A DNA stretch of 33,405 bases, taken from a virus. Made by a program: the position numbers and the translations under genes. The notes under the pieces are model-generated. The model was not told the origin of the DNA and made no database searches. It saw nothing but the letters and a program-made list of their open reading frames with translations. The stretch is from positions 1-33,405 of the IMG/VR virus record IMGVR_UViG_3300017727_001923; one strand, given 5' to 3'. This document shows, piece after piece, positions 9,342 through 17,628 of this stretch (positions are counted from its first letter, which is position 1; every line of letters begins with the position of its first letter).

Positions 9342-9404
9342 ACGTTGCGTTCCTCGTGACGTGGGGGTGTGAGAGTTCCTTTCCTTTCCACCCCCGAATT
9401 TTTT
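9342..9404 (+). terminator. Twin hairpin element ending in a U-tract (terminator or small RNA)
   Basis: ACGTTGCG-TTCCT-CGTGACGT followed by GGGGGTG(T)GAGAG-TTCCTTTC-CTTTCCACCCCC and GAATTTTTT. Confidence 0.65.
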
Positions 9405-9405
9405 C

Positions 9406-9434
9406 TTGACTATTTGTTTCATATAGTGTACAAT
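9406..9434 (+). promoter_or_regulatory. sigma70 promoter for gp44
   Basis: TTGACT-17 nt-TACAAT. Confidence 0.7.
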
Positions 9435-9473
9435 GTATATTATTAGAAACACTTTTATTATTATGGAGACATT

Positions 9474-10412
9474 ATGTCTAAAGAATTCCTCTGGGTTGAG
9501 AAGTACAGACCCCGACTAATTGGAACTACCGTTCTACCCCAAGACCTGAAAGATACTTTCCAAAAGATTGTAGACTCGGGCGAAATCCCCAACATGTTAT
9601 TCACTGGTACTGCGGGTACTGGTAAAACTACAATCGCACGTGCGATATGTGACGAACTAGGACTTGACTATATTGTCATCAATGGTTCAGAAGAGGGTAA
9701 CATCGACACCCTACGTGGTAAAATTAAACAGTTCGCCTCATCCGTTTCTCTCTCAGGCGGTTACAAGGTTGTTATCCTTGATGAGGCGGACTACCTTAAT
9801 GCACAGTCAACCCAACCCGCACTGCGTGGTTTTATCGAAGAGTTCTCTCAGAACTGTCGATTCATTCTGACTTGCAACTTCAAGAACAAAGTAATCGAAC
9901 CTCTACACTCTCGTTGCAGTGTGTATGAGTTCAACACATCTAAAAAACAAATGGCACAACTTTGTGGTGAGTTCATGACTCGACTACAAATCATCCTTGA
10001 TGGTGAAGGTGTCACATATAATAATGATGTTATTGCGGGACTAATTGGTAGGTACGCACCAGACTGGAGACGTGTACTTAATGAAGCACAACGTCATTCT
10101 ATCTCTGGTAAGTTGGACACTGGTGTTCTCATTAACGAGAGTAATGCAAACTACGGTTTACTTTTCCAGTCATTGAAATCCAAAGACTTCAAGAAGATGC
10201 GTAGTTGGGTGGTCAACAATATGGACACCGAACCTGCCGCAATCTTCCGTGGTATCTATGACTCCATGGAGGGTAAAGTTGCACCAACATCTATACCTCA
10301 ACTGGTCTTGATACTCGCTGATTATCAATACAAGAATGCGTTTGTCGCTGACCACGAACTAAACCTTGTTGCATGTCTGACTGAATGCATGGCAAATGTG
10401 GAGTTTGTATAA
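9474..10412 (+). CDS. gp44: Clamp loader large subunit gp44
   Basis: LWVEKYRP, GTAGTGKTT, LDEAD and SRC motifs. Confidence 0.96.
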   Translation: MSKEFLWVEKYRPRLIGTTVLPQDLKDTFQKIVDSGEIPNMLFTGTAGTGKTTIARAICDELGLDYIVINGSEEGNIDTLRGKIKQFASSVSLSGGYKVVILDEADYLNAQSTQPALRGFIEEFSQNCRFILTCNFKNKVIEPLHSRCSVYEFNTSKKQMAQLCGEFMTRLQIILDGEGVTYNNDVIAGLIGRYAPDWRRVLNEAQRHSISGKLDTGVLINESNANYGLLFQSLKSKDFKKMRSWVVNNMDTEPAAIFRGIYDSMEGKVAPTSIPQLVLILADYQYKNAFVADHELNLVACLTECMANVEFV

Positions 10413-10415
10413 ATA
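10408..10415 (+). promoter_or_regulatory. T4-type late promoter
   Basis: TATAAATA 3 nt before ATG 10419. Confidence 0.6.
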
Positions 10416-10418
10416 ATC

Positions 10419-10589
10419 ATGAACAAATTTTGGACGATATGGAAACATGCACTCGGTTCTTTTGATGAAGAAGACGGGTATGATGTTGAGAATGAAAATA
10501 GAATCTCATACATCCGCACGTTTATAGTACTCTCCAATTTATTGTGTGCATACATCATAATGATTAACATTATAATAGGATGGTTTTAG
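10419..10589 (+). CDS. Small membrane protein (56 aa), paralog of the next gene
   Basis: MNKFWTIWKHALGSFDE...ISYIRTFIVLSNLLCAYIIMINIIIGWF. Not in the ORF track. Confidence 0.7.
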   Translation: MNKFWTIWKHALGSFDEEDGYDVENENRISYIRTFIVLSNLLCAYIIMINIIIGWF

Positions 10590-10762
10590 TGCAAAAATGG
10601 TGGAGGGTTTGGGCAAAAAGTCTTGGTGAGAAAGTCGGAGAGACTGACCAACAAGCAAACACCATAGCAGTCATTCGGACTGTTTGGTGGTTAACACACA
10701 TGGCAACATGTATTTTTATTATTTTAAATGCGATAGCAAATCACGGTTGGGATTTATTATGA
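10589..10762 (+). CDS. Small membrane protein common in marine T4-like phages
   Basis: WRVWAKSLGEK...AVIRT plus one TM helix. GTG start overlapping the upstream TAG. Confidence 0.7.
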   Translation: MQKWWRVWAKSLGEKVGETDQQANTIAVIRTVWWLTHMATCIFIILNAIANHGWDLL

Positions 10763-11121
10763 GTTATCAAGAACAAGTAGAACAGTTCATGATGCAAGGG
10801 GAACAGAAGTTTCCTCAAGATATCAAATCAGACATGGCAGACCTGTACATGTCTCTAATCACAGAAGAGTATAACGAAACATGGGAAGCATTCCATAAAC
10901 GAGACCTCGTAGAAGTTGCGGATGGTCTTGCAGATATGGTGTGGGTCATTATGGGTATGGCATCCGTATTGAATATTCCTTTTGATGCAGTATGGAATGA
11001 AGTCCGTGCATCCAATATGTCTAAGTTCGTTGACGGTAAAGTCGTTAAGAATGCAGACGGTAAGATTATGAAACCTGACGGATACTTCCGTCCAGACATT
11101 GCGAAGGTGTTAAATGATTAA
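10759..11121 (+). CDS. MazG-like all-alpha NTP pyrophosphohydrolase
   Basis: LITEEYNE...EVADGLADM...EVRASNMSK...GKIMKP. Confidence 0.85.
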   Translation: MSYQEQVEQFMMQGEQKFPQDIKSDMADLYMSLITEEYNETWEAFHKRDLVEVADGLADMVWVIMGMASVLNIPFDAVWNEVRASNMSKFVDGKVVKNADGKIMKPDGYFRPDIAKVLND

Positions 11122-11314
11122 GTATTTACGACAAGTATCCAACGTTCTCGACCAAGTAACAACAGACAAATTTGGTAATCGTATCCACAAAGATACAGGT
11201 GACTATGTTATTATTGTTGCAAAAAGTGAAGAGAAAGTAGAACATCAACCAGTAACCATGGTCAAAGTGAATAACGAGTGGTTACCTAAACAGATGGAAT
11301 TCGATTTTGGATAA
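11114..11314 (+). CDS. Hypothetical protein (66 aa)
   Basis: Fills the gap with overlaps on both sides; ends QMEFDFG. Confidence 0.55.
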   Translation: MIKYLRQVSNVLDQVTTDKFGNRIHKDTGDYVIIVAKSEEKVEHQPVTMVKVNNEWLPKQMEFDFG

Positions 11315-11765
11315 GTGGGATGTAGCACATATGAAGACCGCAAAAGTTTATGCGAGTCTATCTAGTGCCAGAAGATTACAGGTAGGTGCAGTTATCGTAA
11401 GAGATAATAGAATCATCTCTATTGGATACAATGGTATGCCTAGTGGATGGGACAATAACTGTGAACATACTACCGTTGTAAATAAAGCGTTGCCTGGCGA
11501 ACCAGATAACTTTGTAGAAACTTTAAAAACTAAACCAGAGGTAATACATGCGGAATCGAATGCAATCACGAAAGTTGCAGCTTCAACGGAACAGACGAAG
11601 GGTGCAGTTCTTTACACAACACACGCACCATGCGTTGACTGTGCCAAACTCATCCACCAGTCTGGAATCGAACGAGTTGTCTATGCAGAAGAGTACCCCA
11701 AAGGTGACCAAGGATTGACTTTCCTTGACAAGTGTGGTATAGTAGTTGATGTACAACCGCTCTAG
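11307..11765 (+). CDS. cd: dCMP deaminase
   Basis: VGAVIV...GYNG, HAE and PCxxC zinc motifs. Confidence 0.92.
   Translation: MDKWDVAHMKTAKVYASLSSARRLQVGAVIVRDNRIISIGYNGMPSGWDNNCEHTTVVNKALPGEPDNFVETLKTKPEVIHAESNAITKVAASTEQTKGAVLYTTHAPCVDCAKLIHQSGIERVVYAEEYPKGDQGLTFLDKCGIVVDVQPL
11715..11743 (+). promoter_or_regulatory. sigma70 promoter upstream of gp62
   Basis: TTGACT-17 nt-TATAGT with extended -10 TG. Confidence 0.6.
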
Positions 11766-11838
11766 GTATATTAAGAACAAATACGGATATCCTTCTACTA
11801 AGAAGGGTACTCTAATTGACATTTATGTGTGAGAAACA

Positions 11839-12216
11839 ATGAATCCCTTTAATTATGTAAACAGTATCAACCTATCCAAGAAGGACATTATGATTACTCC
11901 AGAAGATGAGAAATCATATAATTCCTTTATGGTTAACCGTAGTCTATCGTATTTCTCTGATACCGCTGTAATTGCGAATGAGATGAACCGATATCACCAT
12001 CTAGATTCCCGTCTACAATATTCATTTCTTATAAATATAATTAGGAAACGAAAACGTTTCTCTAAGTGGGTAAAACCTGAATTAGAACATGACCTTGAGT
12101 CGGTGAAAGAATACTATGGATACAGCAATGAAAAAGCTAAACAATGCCTACATCTCTTATCACCTTCTCAGTTAAAAGAAATAAAAGAAAAGGTGAATAA
12201 AGGTGGAAGAAAGTAA
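11839..12216 (+). CDS. gp62: Clamp loader small subunit gp62
   Basis: YNSFMVNRSLSYF.D...NEMN...RKRKRFSKW...VKEYYGYS. Confidence 0.93.
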   Translation: MNPFNYVNSINLSKKDIMITPEDEKSYNSFMVNRSLSYFSDTAVIANEMNRYHHLDSRLQYSFLINIIRKRKRFSKWVKPELEHDLESVKEYYGYSNEKAKQCLHLLSPSQLKEIKEKVNKGGRK

Positions 12217-12613
12217 TTTAGTAAAATGGGCTCCTGTGAACATGTTAGAGGTAACTCTAGCAGAACCAGATGACTTCCTTAAAGTTCGTGAGTCTCTGAC
12301 TCGTATCGGTGTCGCATCACGCAAAGAACAAAAACTATTTCAATCCTGTCATATCTTACATAAACAGGGACGATACTATATTGTCCATTTTAAAGAGTTG
12401 TTTATGTTGGACGGAAAGAAAGCAAATCTAGAAGAGAGTGACGTGCATCGTAGAAATACAATTGCAACATTGTTATCTGACTGGGGATTAGTTGAGATTC
12501 AAAACAAAGAAGTATGTCAAGAATGCGCCCCTCTACGACAAATCAAAATAATCGGTTTCAAAGATAAAGCAGAATGGGAGTTGTGTCCCAAGTATAATAT
12601 AGGTAACAAATAA
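12203..12613 (+). CDS. regA: Translational repressor RegA
   Basis: DDFLKVRESLTRIGVASRK...QSCHILHKQGRYYIVHFKELF. Confidence 0.96.
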   Translation: MEESNLVKWAPVNMLEVTLAEPDDFLKVRESLTRIGVASRKEQKLFQSCHILHKQGRYYIVHFKELFMLDGKKANLEESDVHRRNTIATLLSDWGLVEIQNKEVCQECAPLRQIKIIGFKDKAEWELCPKYNIGNK

Positions 12614-12778
12614 ATGACACAGTGGTTGTTTAATAAGTTATCACCTTATGCTATTCAATTTAGAGAATGGTCTAAGGGTAAAACATGGATACAAATACCG
12701 TTATGGATTCTTATCGCATGGATGTTAGGATTCGCTAATCCTTACTGGTGTGTATATCCTGTTTGTTGGATTCAATAG
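12614..12778 (+). CDS. Small Trp-rich membrane protein (54 aa)
   Basis: MTQWLFNKLSPYAIQFREW...LWILIAWMLGFANPYWCVYPVCWIQ. Directly after the regA stop; not in the ORF track. Confidence 0.65.
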   Translation: MTQWLFNKLSPYAIQFREWSKGKTWIQIPLWILIAWMLGFANPYWCVYPVCWIQ

Positions 12779-13335
12779 TGTTTGAAGAACATAGGGAAGA
12801 GATTCGCAGTAAGAAACACTGGTGGTCTAAGATACCTTTTCAGTGGGACTGGAACGACATGTTGCACCTTGTTGATACTCATCCACAAGAGTTATATGAC
12901 TGGAATCGTGAGAAACAAAGACTAGGATTAAACTCTTTTCATAGAAGACCTTCTGCACCTCAGTTTGCAAAAAACCTTGTTGCAGAAATGGAGAAGTTCT
13001 TTGTTGAACCCGCTCCAAAGAAAGACGAATATACGAAGGGAAGACCTCAAATAACAAACATTGCGTTTGTTGGATTTGGACAGTTTTCTGGTTCGTACCC
13101 AAGACATAAAGACAGTATGGATGTCTTCTTGGTTCAAGTAATCGGTGACTGTAAGATAACTATCGGTGAACAAGAAGAACCAAGGAATAGTGACGAAACA
13201 ACTGTAATGAAGCCTGGCGATTGTGTTTTCATACCAAGAGGTACATGGCATCATTTACAACCCTCAGTATCTAGAGTCACATTCTCATTTGGATTTGAGA
13301 GTGACCCAGACTGTGACCCAAAAACTTTTATATAA
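12778..13335 (+). CDS. JmjC/cupin 2OG-Fe(II) oxygenase (RoxA/YcfD-like catalytic domain)
   Basis: HKDSMDVFLVQVIG...PGDCVFIPRGTWH...SFG (HxD...H). Confidence 0.8.
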   Translation: MFEEHREEIRSKKHWWSKIPFQWDWNDMLHLVDTHPQELYDWNREKQRLGLNSFHRRPSAPQFAKNLVAEMEKFFVEPAPKKDEYTKGRPQITNIAFVGFGQFSGSYPRHKDSMDVFLVQVIGDCKITIGEQEEPRNSDETTVMKPGDCVFIPRGTWHHLQPSVSRVTFSFGFESDPDCDPKTFI

Positions 13336-13337
13336 GG

Positions 13338-13365
13338 CTTGAATTACAAAAATTAATCCTTATAT
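13338..13365 (+). promoter_or_regulatory. RpoH (sigma32)-type heat-shock promoter
   Basis: CTTG-N17-CTTATAT (CTTGAA...CCTTATAT) upstream of hsp20. Confidence 0.6.
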
Positions 13366-13371
13366 ATAGTA

Positions 13372-13459
13372 GTGTGAGAAATAATTCTCACATGCGTGAA
13401 TGCCGTTAATCGGGTTCACGTCCATCTTGCTAAATTAATATAGGAGATAAAGCAACATG
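13372..13459 (+). promoter_or_regulatory. ROSE-like RNA thermometer 5' UTR
   Basis: Three hairpins; the last pairs ATCTTGCTA with TAGGAGAT (SD) leaving a bulged G in UUGCU. Confidence 0.7.
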
Positions 13460-13873
13460 ACAAATCTAAAAGTAGGTAAACAACTTTTCCCACGTTCAGC
13501 ATTTATTGGTTTCGACCATTTATTTAACGAACTGGAATACGCAACCAAACACGCTAACGACCATTACCCACCTCACAACATTGTGAAGACTGGTGAAGAT
13601 GAGTTCGTCATTGAGGTAGCAGTTGCGGGATTCACACAGGACGAAATAAACGTTGAACAGAAAGAACGCTCATTGACCATTAGTGGTTCACATGAATCTA
13701 GAGACCGTGAAGTAATTCACAGAGGTATCTCTACAAAAGCGTTTAGGAGACAATTTAGACTTTCTGAGTATGTTCTAGTAACTGGTGCTTCACTAAAAGA
13801 CGGTATCCTTGCAGTTACATTGAAGACGGAAATCCCAAAAGAGAAGCAGCCTCGTTCAATTAAAATAAGTTAA
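13457..13873 (+). CDS. Small heat shock protein Hsp20 (IbpA-like)
   Basis: IGFDHLF...YPPHNI...AVAGF...HRGIS...A.LKDGIL. Confidence 0.95.
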   Translation: MTNLKVGKQLFPRSAFIGFDHLFNELEYATKHANDHYPPHNIVKTGEDEFVIEVAVAGFTQDEINVEQKERSLTISGSHESRDREVIHRGISTKAFRRQFRLSEYVLVTGASLKDGILAVTLKTEIPKEKQPRSIKIS

Positions 13874-13886
13874 TTGCGAGGAAAAA

Positions 13887-13973
13887 ATGAAATTAACCGA
13901 AGCTAAATTAGAGTTCGGTTTGTTTGTAGGAACTATGATGTTAATGGTTCTTGCACTACAACCCTTACTGTAA
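13887..13973 (+). CDS. Micro-protein with one TM helix (28 aa)
   Basis: GAGG RBS; MKLTEAKLEFGLFVGTMMLMVLALQPLL; followed by a terminator. Confidence 0.55.
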   Translation: MKLTEAKLEFGLFVGTMMLMVLALQPLL

Positions 13974-13979
13974 AAACGA

Positions 13980-14005
13980 GAAGGGGGCGGGAAACTGCCC
14001 CTTTC
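13980..14005 (+). terminator. Intrinsic terminator-like hairpin
   Basis: AAGGGGGCGG-GAAA-CTGCCCCTTT. Confidence 0.75.
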
Positions 14006-14013
14006 ATTATGTT

Positions 14014-14754
14014 ATGAAAGCATATATGATTGCAGACCTGAACAATCCAACTTCCGTGAGATATACGGAGATTGCATTAGAGTCATGGCATAATAAAACC
14101 CCCCTTGACATTGAAGTCATTCAGTGTTATACTCCCGACACAATATCAGAATTAGAACCTCTCTATAACTGGCAACCATTGTTACATCATGGTCAAAAGG
14201 AACAGAAACAGTATGCGTCATCCACTGAAAAGTCTGGAGACATTACACACTGGCAGTTAATAAAGAAACGTTCAGAGTCTAAATCAAGATTCTACGTATT
14301 GGAACATGACTCATATCTAGAAGATGCAGACGAATTTAAACGACAGTTTGATTTTACTATGGAACATGGATTGTCTTATGCAAACCATGGACTCTACATG
14401 TCTTGTTATTCTTTTTCTAGAGTTGCAGCAATACATATACATGACTTGTTAACACAACGAGCATTTCCTTTAAATGGAGGCCCGTTTGGATGTGTAGAAA
14501 GATTGGTAAAAACATATCTAAGTGAAAAACCTGACCGCAAGGCAAAGTATACATGGATGTTACATCATCCAAATACAGAGGCAGTAAGTGTGGGATGGTC
14601 TGCCGAAGAAATGTTTCAAGCATATAATTTTAAGAAAAATGATACTCCCTTCAAACGTGCATCAACCCAGATTATATCCAAGTCTATGGGAATCACCCAA
14701 AATCATATAGGGTTGGATTTGTCATTAAGAAAAGGTTTTAAAATAATTGAATAA
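14014..14754 (+). CDS. Glycosyltransferase family 25-like protein
   Basis: KAYMI...H..L.......VLEHD pattern resembling GT25 enzymes; divergent. Confidence 0.55.
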   Translation: MKAYMIADLNNPTSVRYTEIALESWHNKTPLDIEVIQCYTPDTISELEPLYNWQPLLHHGQKEQKQYASSTEKSGDITHWQLIKKRSESKSRFYVLEHDSYLEDADEFKRQFDFTMEHGLSYANHGLYMSCYSFSRVAAIHIHDLLTQRAFPLNGGPFGCVERLVKTYLSEKPDRKAKYTWMLHHPNTEAVSVGWSAEEMFQAYNFKKNDTPFKRASTQIISKSMGITQNHIGLDLSLRKGFKIIE

Positions 14755-14759
14755 AAAGC

Positions 14760-14788
14760 TTGACAAACCCCGTTGAGTTTAGTATAAT
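14760..14788 (+). promoter_or_regulatory. sigma70 promoter driving the intergenic RNA
   Basis: AAAAGC-TTGACA-17 nt-TATAAT. Confidence 0.8.
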
Positions 14789-14794
14789 AGATGT

Positions 14795-15069
14795 ATTGGT
14801 TGGGAATGACGTGACCACCCGCCTAGGGAAGTTTGTGACTTGACGGTGAGTAAGCGACTGACTCCATTAGACTGATTAACATATCAGTGATGGAATCGAC
14901 ATAAGGTGGAAAAGTTAAAAAAACAAAATCAATAGAATTCAAACTTACCGAGTTACAAATGCGTAACAGTACAGTAAGGAGTCTTCCCCCCTAGAGGGTT
15001 GAAGGAAAGAACACACTGATTAGGTGTCCCTCAAAGTAGCTTCAATCCTTGATGATGGGGGTTTTTTTT
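14795..15069 (+). ncRNA. Putative structured non-coding RNA (~270 nt), family unknown
   Basis: No ORF of 60 aa or more; own promoter; nested long-range helices; ends in GGGGG-T8. Confidence 0.6.
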
Positions 15070-15072
15070 ATC

Positions 15073-15101
15073 TTGACTTTTGTATTATCTTCCTGTATAA
15101 T
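15073..15101 (+). promoter_or_regulatory. sigma70 promoter for gp43
   Basis: TTGACT-17 nt-TATAAT. Confidence 0.75.
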
Positions 15102-15124
15102 ACAACATTAACTTAGGATTTTCT

Positions 15125-17596
15125 ATGGATTTTTATACATCAATTGACCGTTACGGCAGCACCCTTTTATATCGTGGGTACTCTGGTGGTCAACGAGTCA
15201 AGAAACGTATCCCGTTTAAACCAACACTGTTTGTAAACTCTCGTAATAAGAACAACGTATCTGGTTGGTCTTCATTAGAGGGTAGACCAGTTGAACCCAT
15301 TGAATTTGAGACTATGCGTGAAGCAACCGAATTCACCAAACGTTATCAACACGTGGACAACTTCAAGGTCTATGGACAAAACAATTTCATCTCACAATTT
15401 ATCGCACAGAAGTTTCCGAATGATATAAAGTTCGAACGTGAACTACCTGTAATCACCACCATTGATATTGAGGTCGCATCTGACCAAGGATTCCCTGAAC
15501 CTGATAAGGCAGACTATCCTGTTATCTCTATCTGTACCAAGTCCAGTAAAGAAGACTTCTTCCGTGTCTGGGGTCTAGGTGAATACACTCCCAAAGAAAA
15601 CTGTATCTACAATCAATGTGACAATGAGTTACAACTATTGGATACATTCCTTGACTACTGGCAGAATCATGGGTCACCTGATATCGTCACTGGTTGGAAC
15701 AGTAAGGGATTTGATATTCCCTATCTTGTTAACAGAACAAGAAAAGTTATTGGAGAAGAGTCCACCAAGAGATACTCACCTTGGGGTGTTGTATCCGCAC
15801 GTACTGTACGTGGTAAGATGGGACACAAAGATGTGGAGACCTATGACCTTATGGGTATTGCACAGTTAGATTACTATGACTTGTTTCGTAAGTTTACACT
15901 CAACACTCTAGGTCAACAAGAATCATATCGACTTGACCATATCGCACACGTGGTACTTGGTGAACGTAAACTCTCATATGAAGAACACGGTAACCTACAT
16001 ACATTATATAAAGAAGACCATCAAAAGTTTATTGACTACAATATCAAGGACGTTGAGTTGGTTGATATGTTGGAAGAGAAACTGGGATTGATTACTCTTG
16101 CAATGACTATGGCATATCGTGGTGGTACTAACTTCGAGGAAGTATTCGGTACGACTACTATTTGGGATACAATCATCTATCGTATTCTTAACCTACAGAA
16201 GATTGCAGTACCATCTAAAGAAGAGAAACCCAAGGGTGACTTTGCGGGTGGATATGTAAAAGAACCCCAAGTTGGTTCACATGATTGGGTAACATCCTTT
16301 GACTTGAACTCCCTGTATCCTATGATTATTGTACAATACAATATGTCACCTGAGACTGTGGTAGATGGTTTAGTTGATACTGACGTAGAACGTATGTTAC
16401 AAGGTATGACTAAGACCGATAGTAATTATGCAACTGCACCATCTGGTGTTCGTTTCCGTAAGGATAAGGAAGGTATTATTCCTAGTGTGATTCGACAGTA
16501 CTATGCAGAACGTAAACAAATCAAACGTGAGATGTTGGACGCAAAACAAGAATACGAACAGACCCCAACAAAGTCCCTTGCAAACAAAGTTGCAACTCTA
16601 GATAACCAACAGATGTCTATCAAGATTCTTATGAACAGTCTCTATGGTGCATTGGGTAATCGATGGTTCAGATACTTTGACCAACGTGTTGCAGAGTCTA
16701 TTACTCTTGCGGGTCAGTTATCAATTCTCTGGGCAGAACGTGCGGTCAATCATGAGATGAACAAACTTCTCAATACTGACGAAGACTATGTGATTGCAAT
16801 TGATACTGATTCAGTCTATATGCGTATGGGTGACCTAGTCAACAAGTTCAACCCCAAAGACCCTGTAAAGTTCTTGGATAAGATTTGTTCCGAACACTTT
16901 GAACCTGTACTGACTAAAGCTTATGAAGTTCTTGCAGACTATACCAATGCATATGTCAATCGTATGGAGATGGGACGTGAGGTTATTGCAGACAAAGGTA
17001 TTTGGGTTGCAAAGAAACGATACATTCTGAATGTACATAACAATGAGGGTGTCCAATACAAAGAACCAAAACTCAAGATTATGGGTATTGAAGCGGTCAA
17101 GTCATCAACCCCGATGGTTGTTCGTGATAAGATGAAAGAGATGTTCCACATACTTGTGAATGGTACTGAGTCTGAGACCCAACAGTATATCAGAAACTTC
17201 CGTAATGAGTTTTCCTCGTTACCACCTGAAGATGTATCGTTCCCTCGTGGTGTAAATGATGTCAAGAAATGGAAAGATACAAAATCTATTTACAAGAAGG
17301 GTACACCTATCCATGTGCGTGGTGCTTTGTTATATAACAAGCATACCAAAGGAATGCGTCATGAGGAAATCAAGAACGGTGAAAAGATTAAGTTCGTCTA
17401 TCTAAAAGTTCCGAACCCGATAAAAGAAAACATCATATCATATCCGCAGAACCTACCCCGTGAGTTGGGTCTTAATAATTATATTGACTATGACAAGATG
17501 TTTGACAAGACATTCCTTGACCCACTTGAACCTATTATGGATGCAGTCGGTTGGACTGCTGAACCTCAGTCATCATTAGAAGATTTCTTCGCTTGA
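15125..17596 (+). CDS. gp43: Family B DNA polymerase gp43
   Basis: Exo DIE motif, [24 protein letters not shown]-terminal SLEDFF clamp-binding motif. Confidence 0.98.
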   Translation: MDFYTSIDRYGSTLLYRGYSGGQRVKKRIPFKPTLFVNSRNKNNVSGWSSLEGRPVEPIEFETMREATEFTKRYQHVDNFKVYGQNNFISQFIAQKFPNDIKFERELPVITTIDIEVASDQGFPEPDKADYPVISICTKSSKEDFFRVWGLGEYTPKENCIYNQCDNELQLLDTFLDYWQNHGSPDIVTGWNSKGFDIPYLVNRTRKVIGEESTKRYSPWGVVSARTVRGKMGHKDVETYDLMGIAQLDYYDLFRKFTLNTLGQQESYRLDHIAHVVLGERKLSYEEHGNLHTLYKEDHQKFIDYNIKDVELVDMLEEKLGLITLAMTMAYRGGTNFEEVFGTTTIWDTIIYRILNLQKIAVPSKEEKPKGDFAGGYVKEPQVGSHDWVTSFDLNSLYPMIIVQYNMSPETVVDGLVDTDVERMLQGMTKTDSNYATAPSGVRFRKDKEGIIPSVIRQYYAERKQIKREMLDAKQEYEQTPTKSLANKVATLDNQQMSIKILMNSLYGALGNRWFRYFDQRVAESITLAGQLSILWAERAVNHEMNKLLNTDEDYVIAIDTDSVYMRMGDLVNKFNPKDPVKFLDKICSEHFEPVLTKAYEVLADYTNAYVNRMEMGREVIADKGIWVAKKRYILNVHNNEGVQYKEPKLKIMGIEAVKSSTPMVVRDKMKEMFHILVNGTESETQQYIRNFRNEFSSLPPEDVSFPRGVNDVKKWKDTKSIYKKGTPIHVRGALLYNKHTKGMRHEEIKNGEKIKFVYLKVPNPIKENIISYPQNLPRELGLNNYIDYDKMFDKTFLDPLEPIMDAVGWTAEPQSSLEDFFA

Positions 17597-17621
17597 CATT
17601 TTAAGGAGACTATGGTATTAT
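17593..17621 (+). promoter_or_regulatory. sigma70 promoter
   Basis: TTGACA-17 nt-TATTAT with extended -10 TG. Confidence 0.65.
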
Positions 17622-17628
17622 ATACACA

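Noticed and set aside
11749-11832. 27-aa ORF between dCMP deaminase and gp62
   Set aside because: No clear RBS and too short to support.
13373-13392. TGTGA...TCACA as a CRP site
   Set aside because: The spacer is 10 nt, not 6; better explained as the first hairpin of the hsp20 leader.
14890-14966. tmRNA interpretation of the intergenic RNA (GGAATCGAC motif; short frame ending ...RVTNA-stop)
   Set aside because: No alanyl acceptor stem, T-arm or CCA end in standard or permuted order, and the peptide lacks a convincing tag ending.
15125-17596. Intron or intein in gp43 (also checked gp41, gp46, uvsX and thyX)
   Set aside because: All are continuous and of normal length; no homing endonuclease or intein motifs seen.
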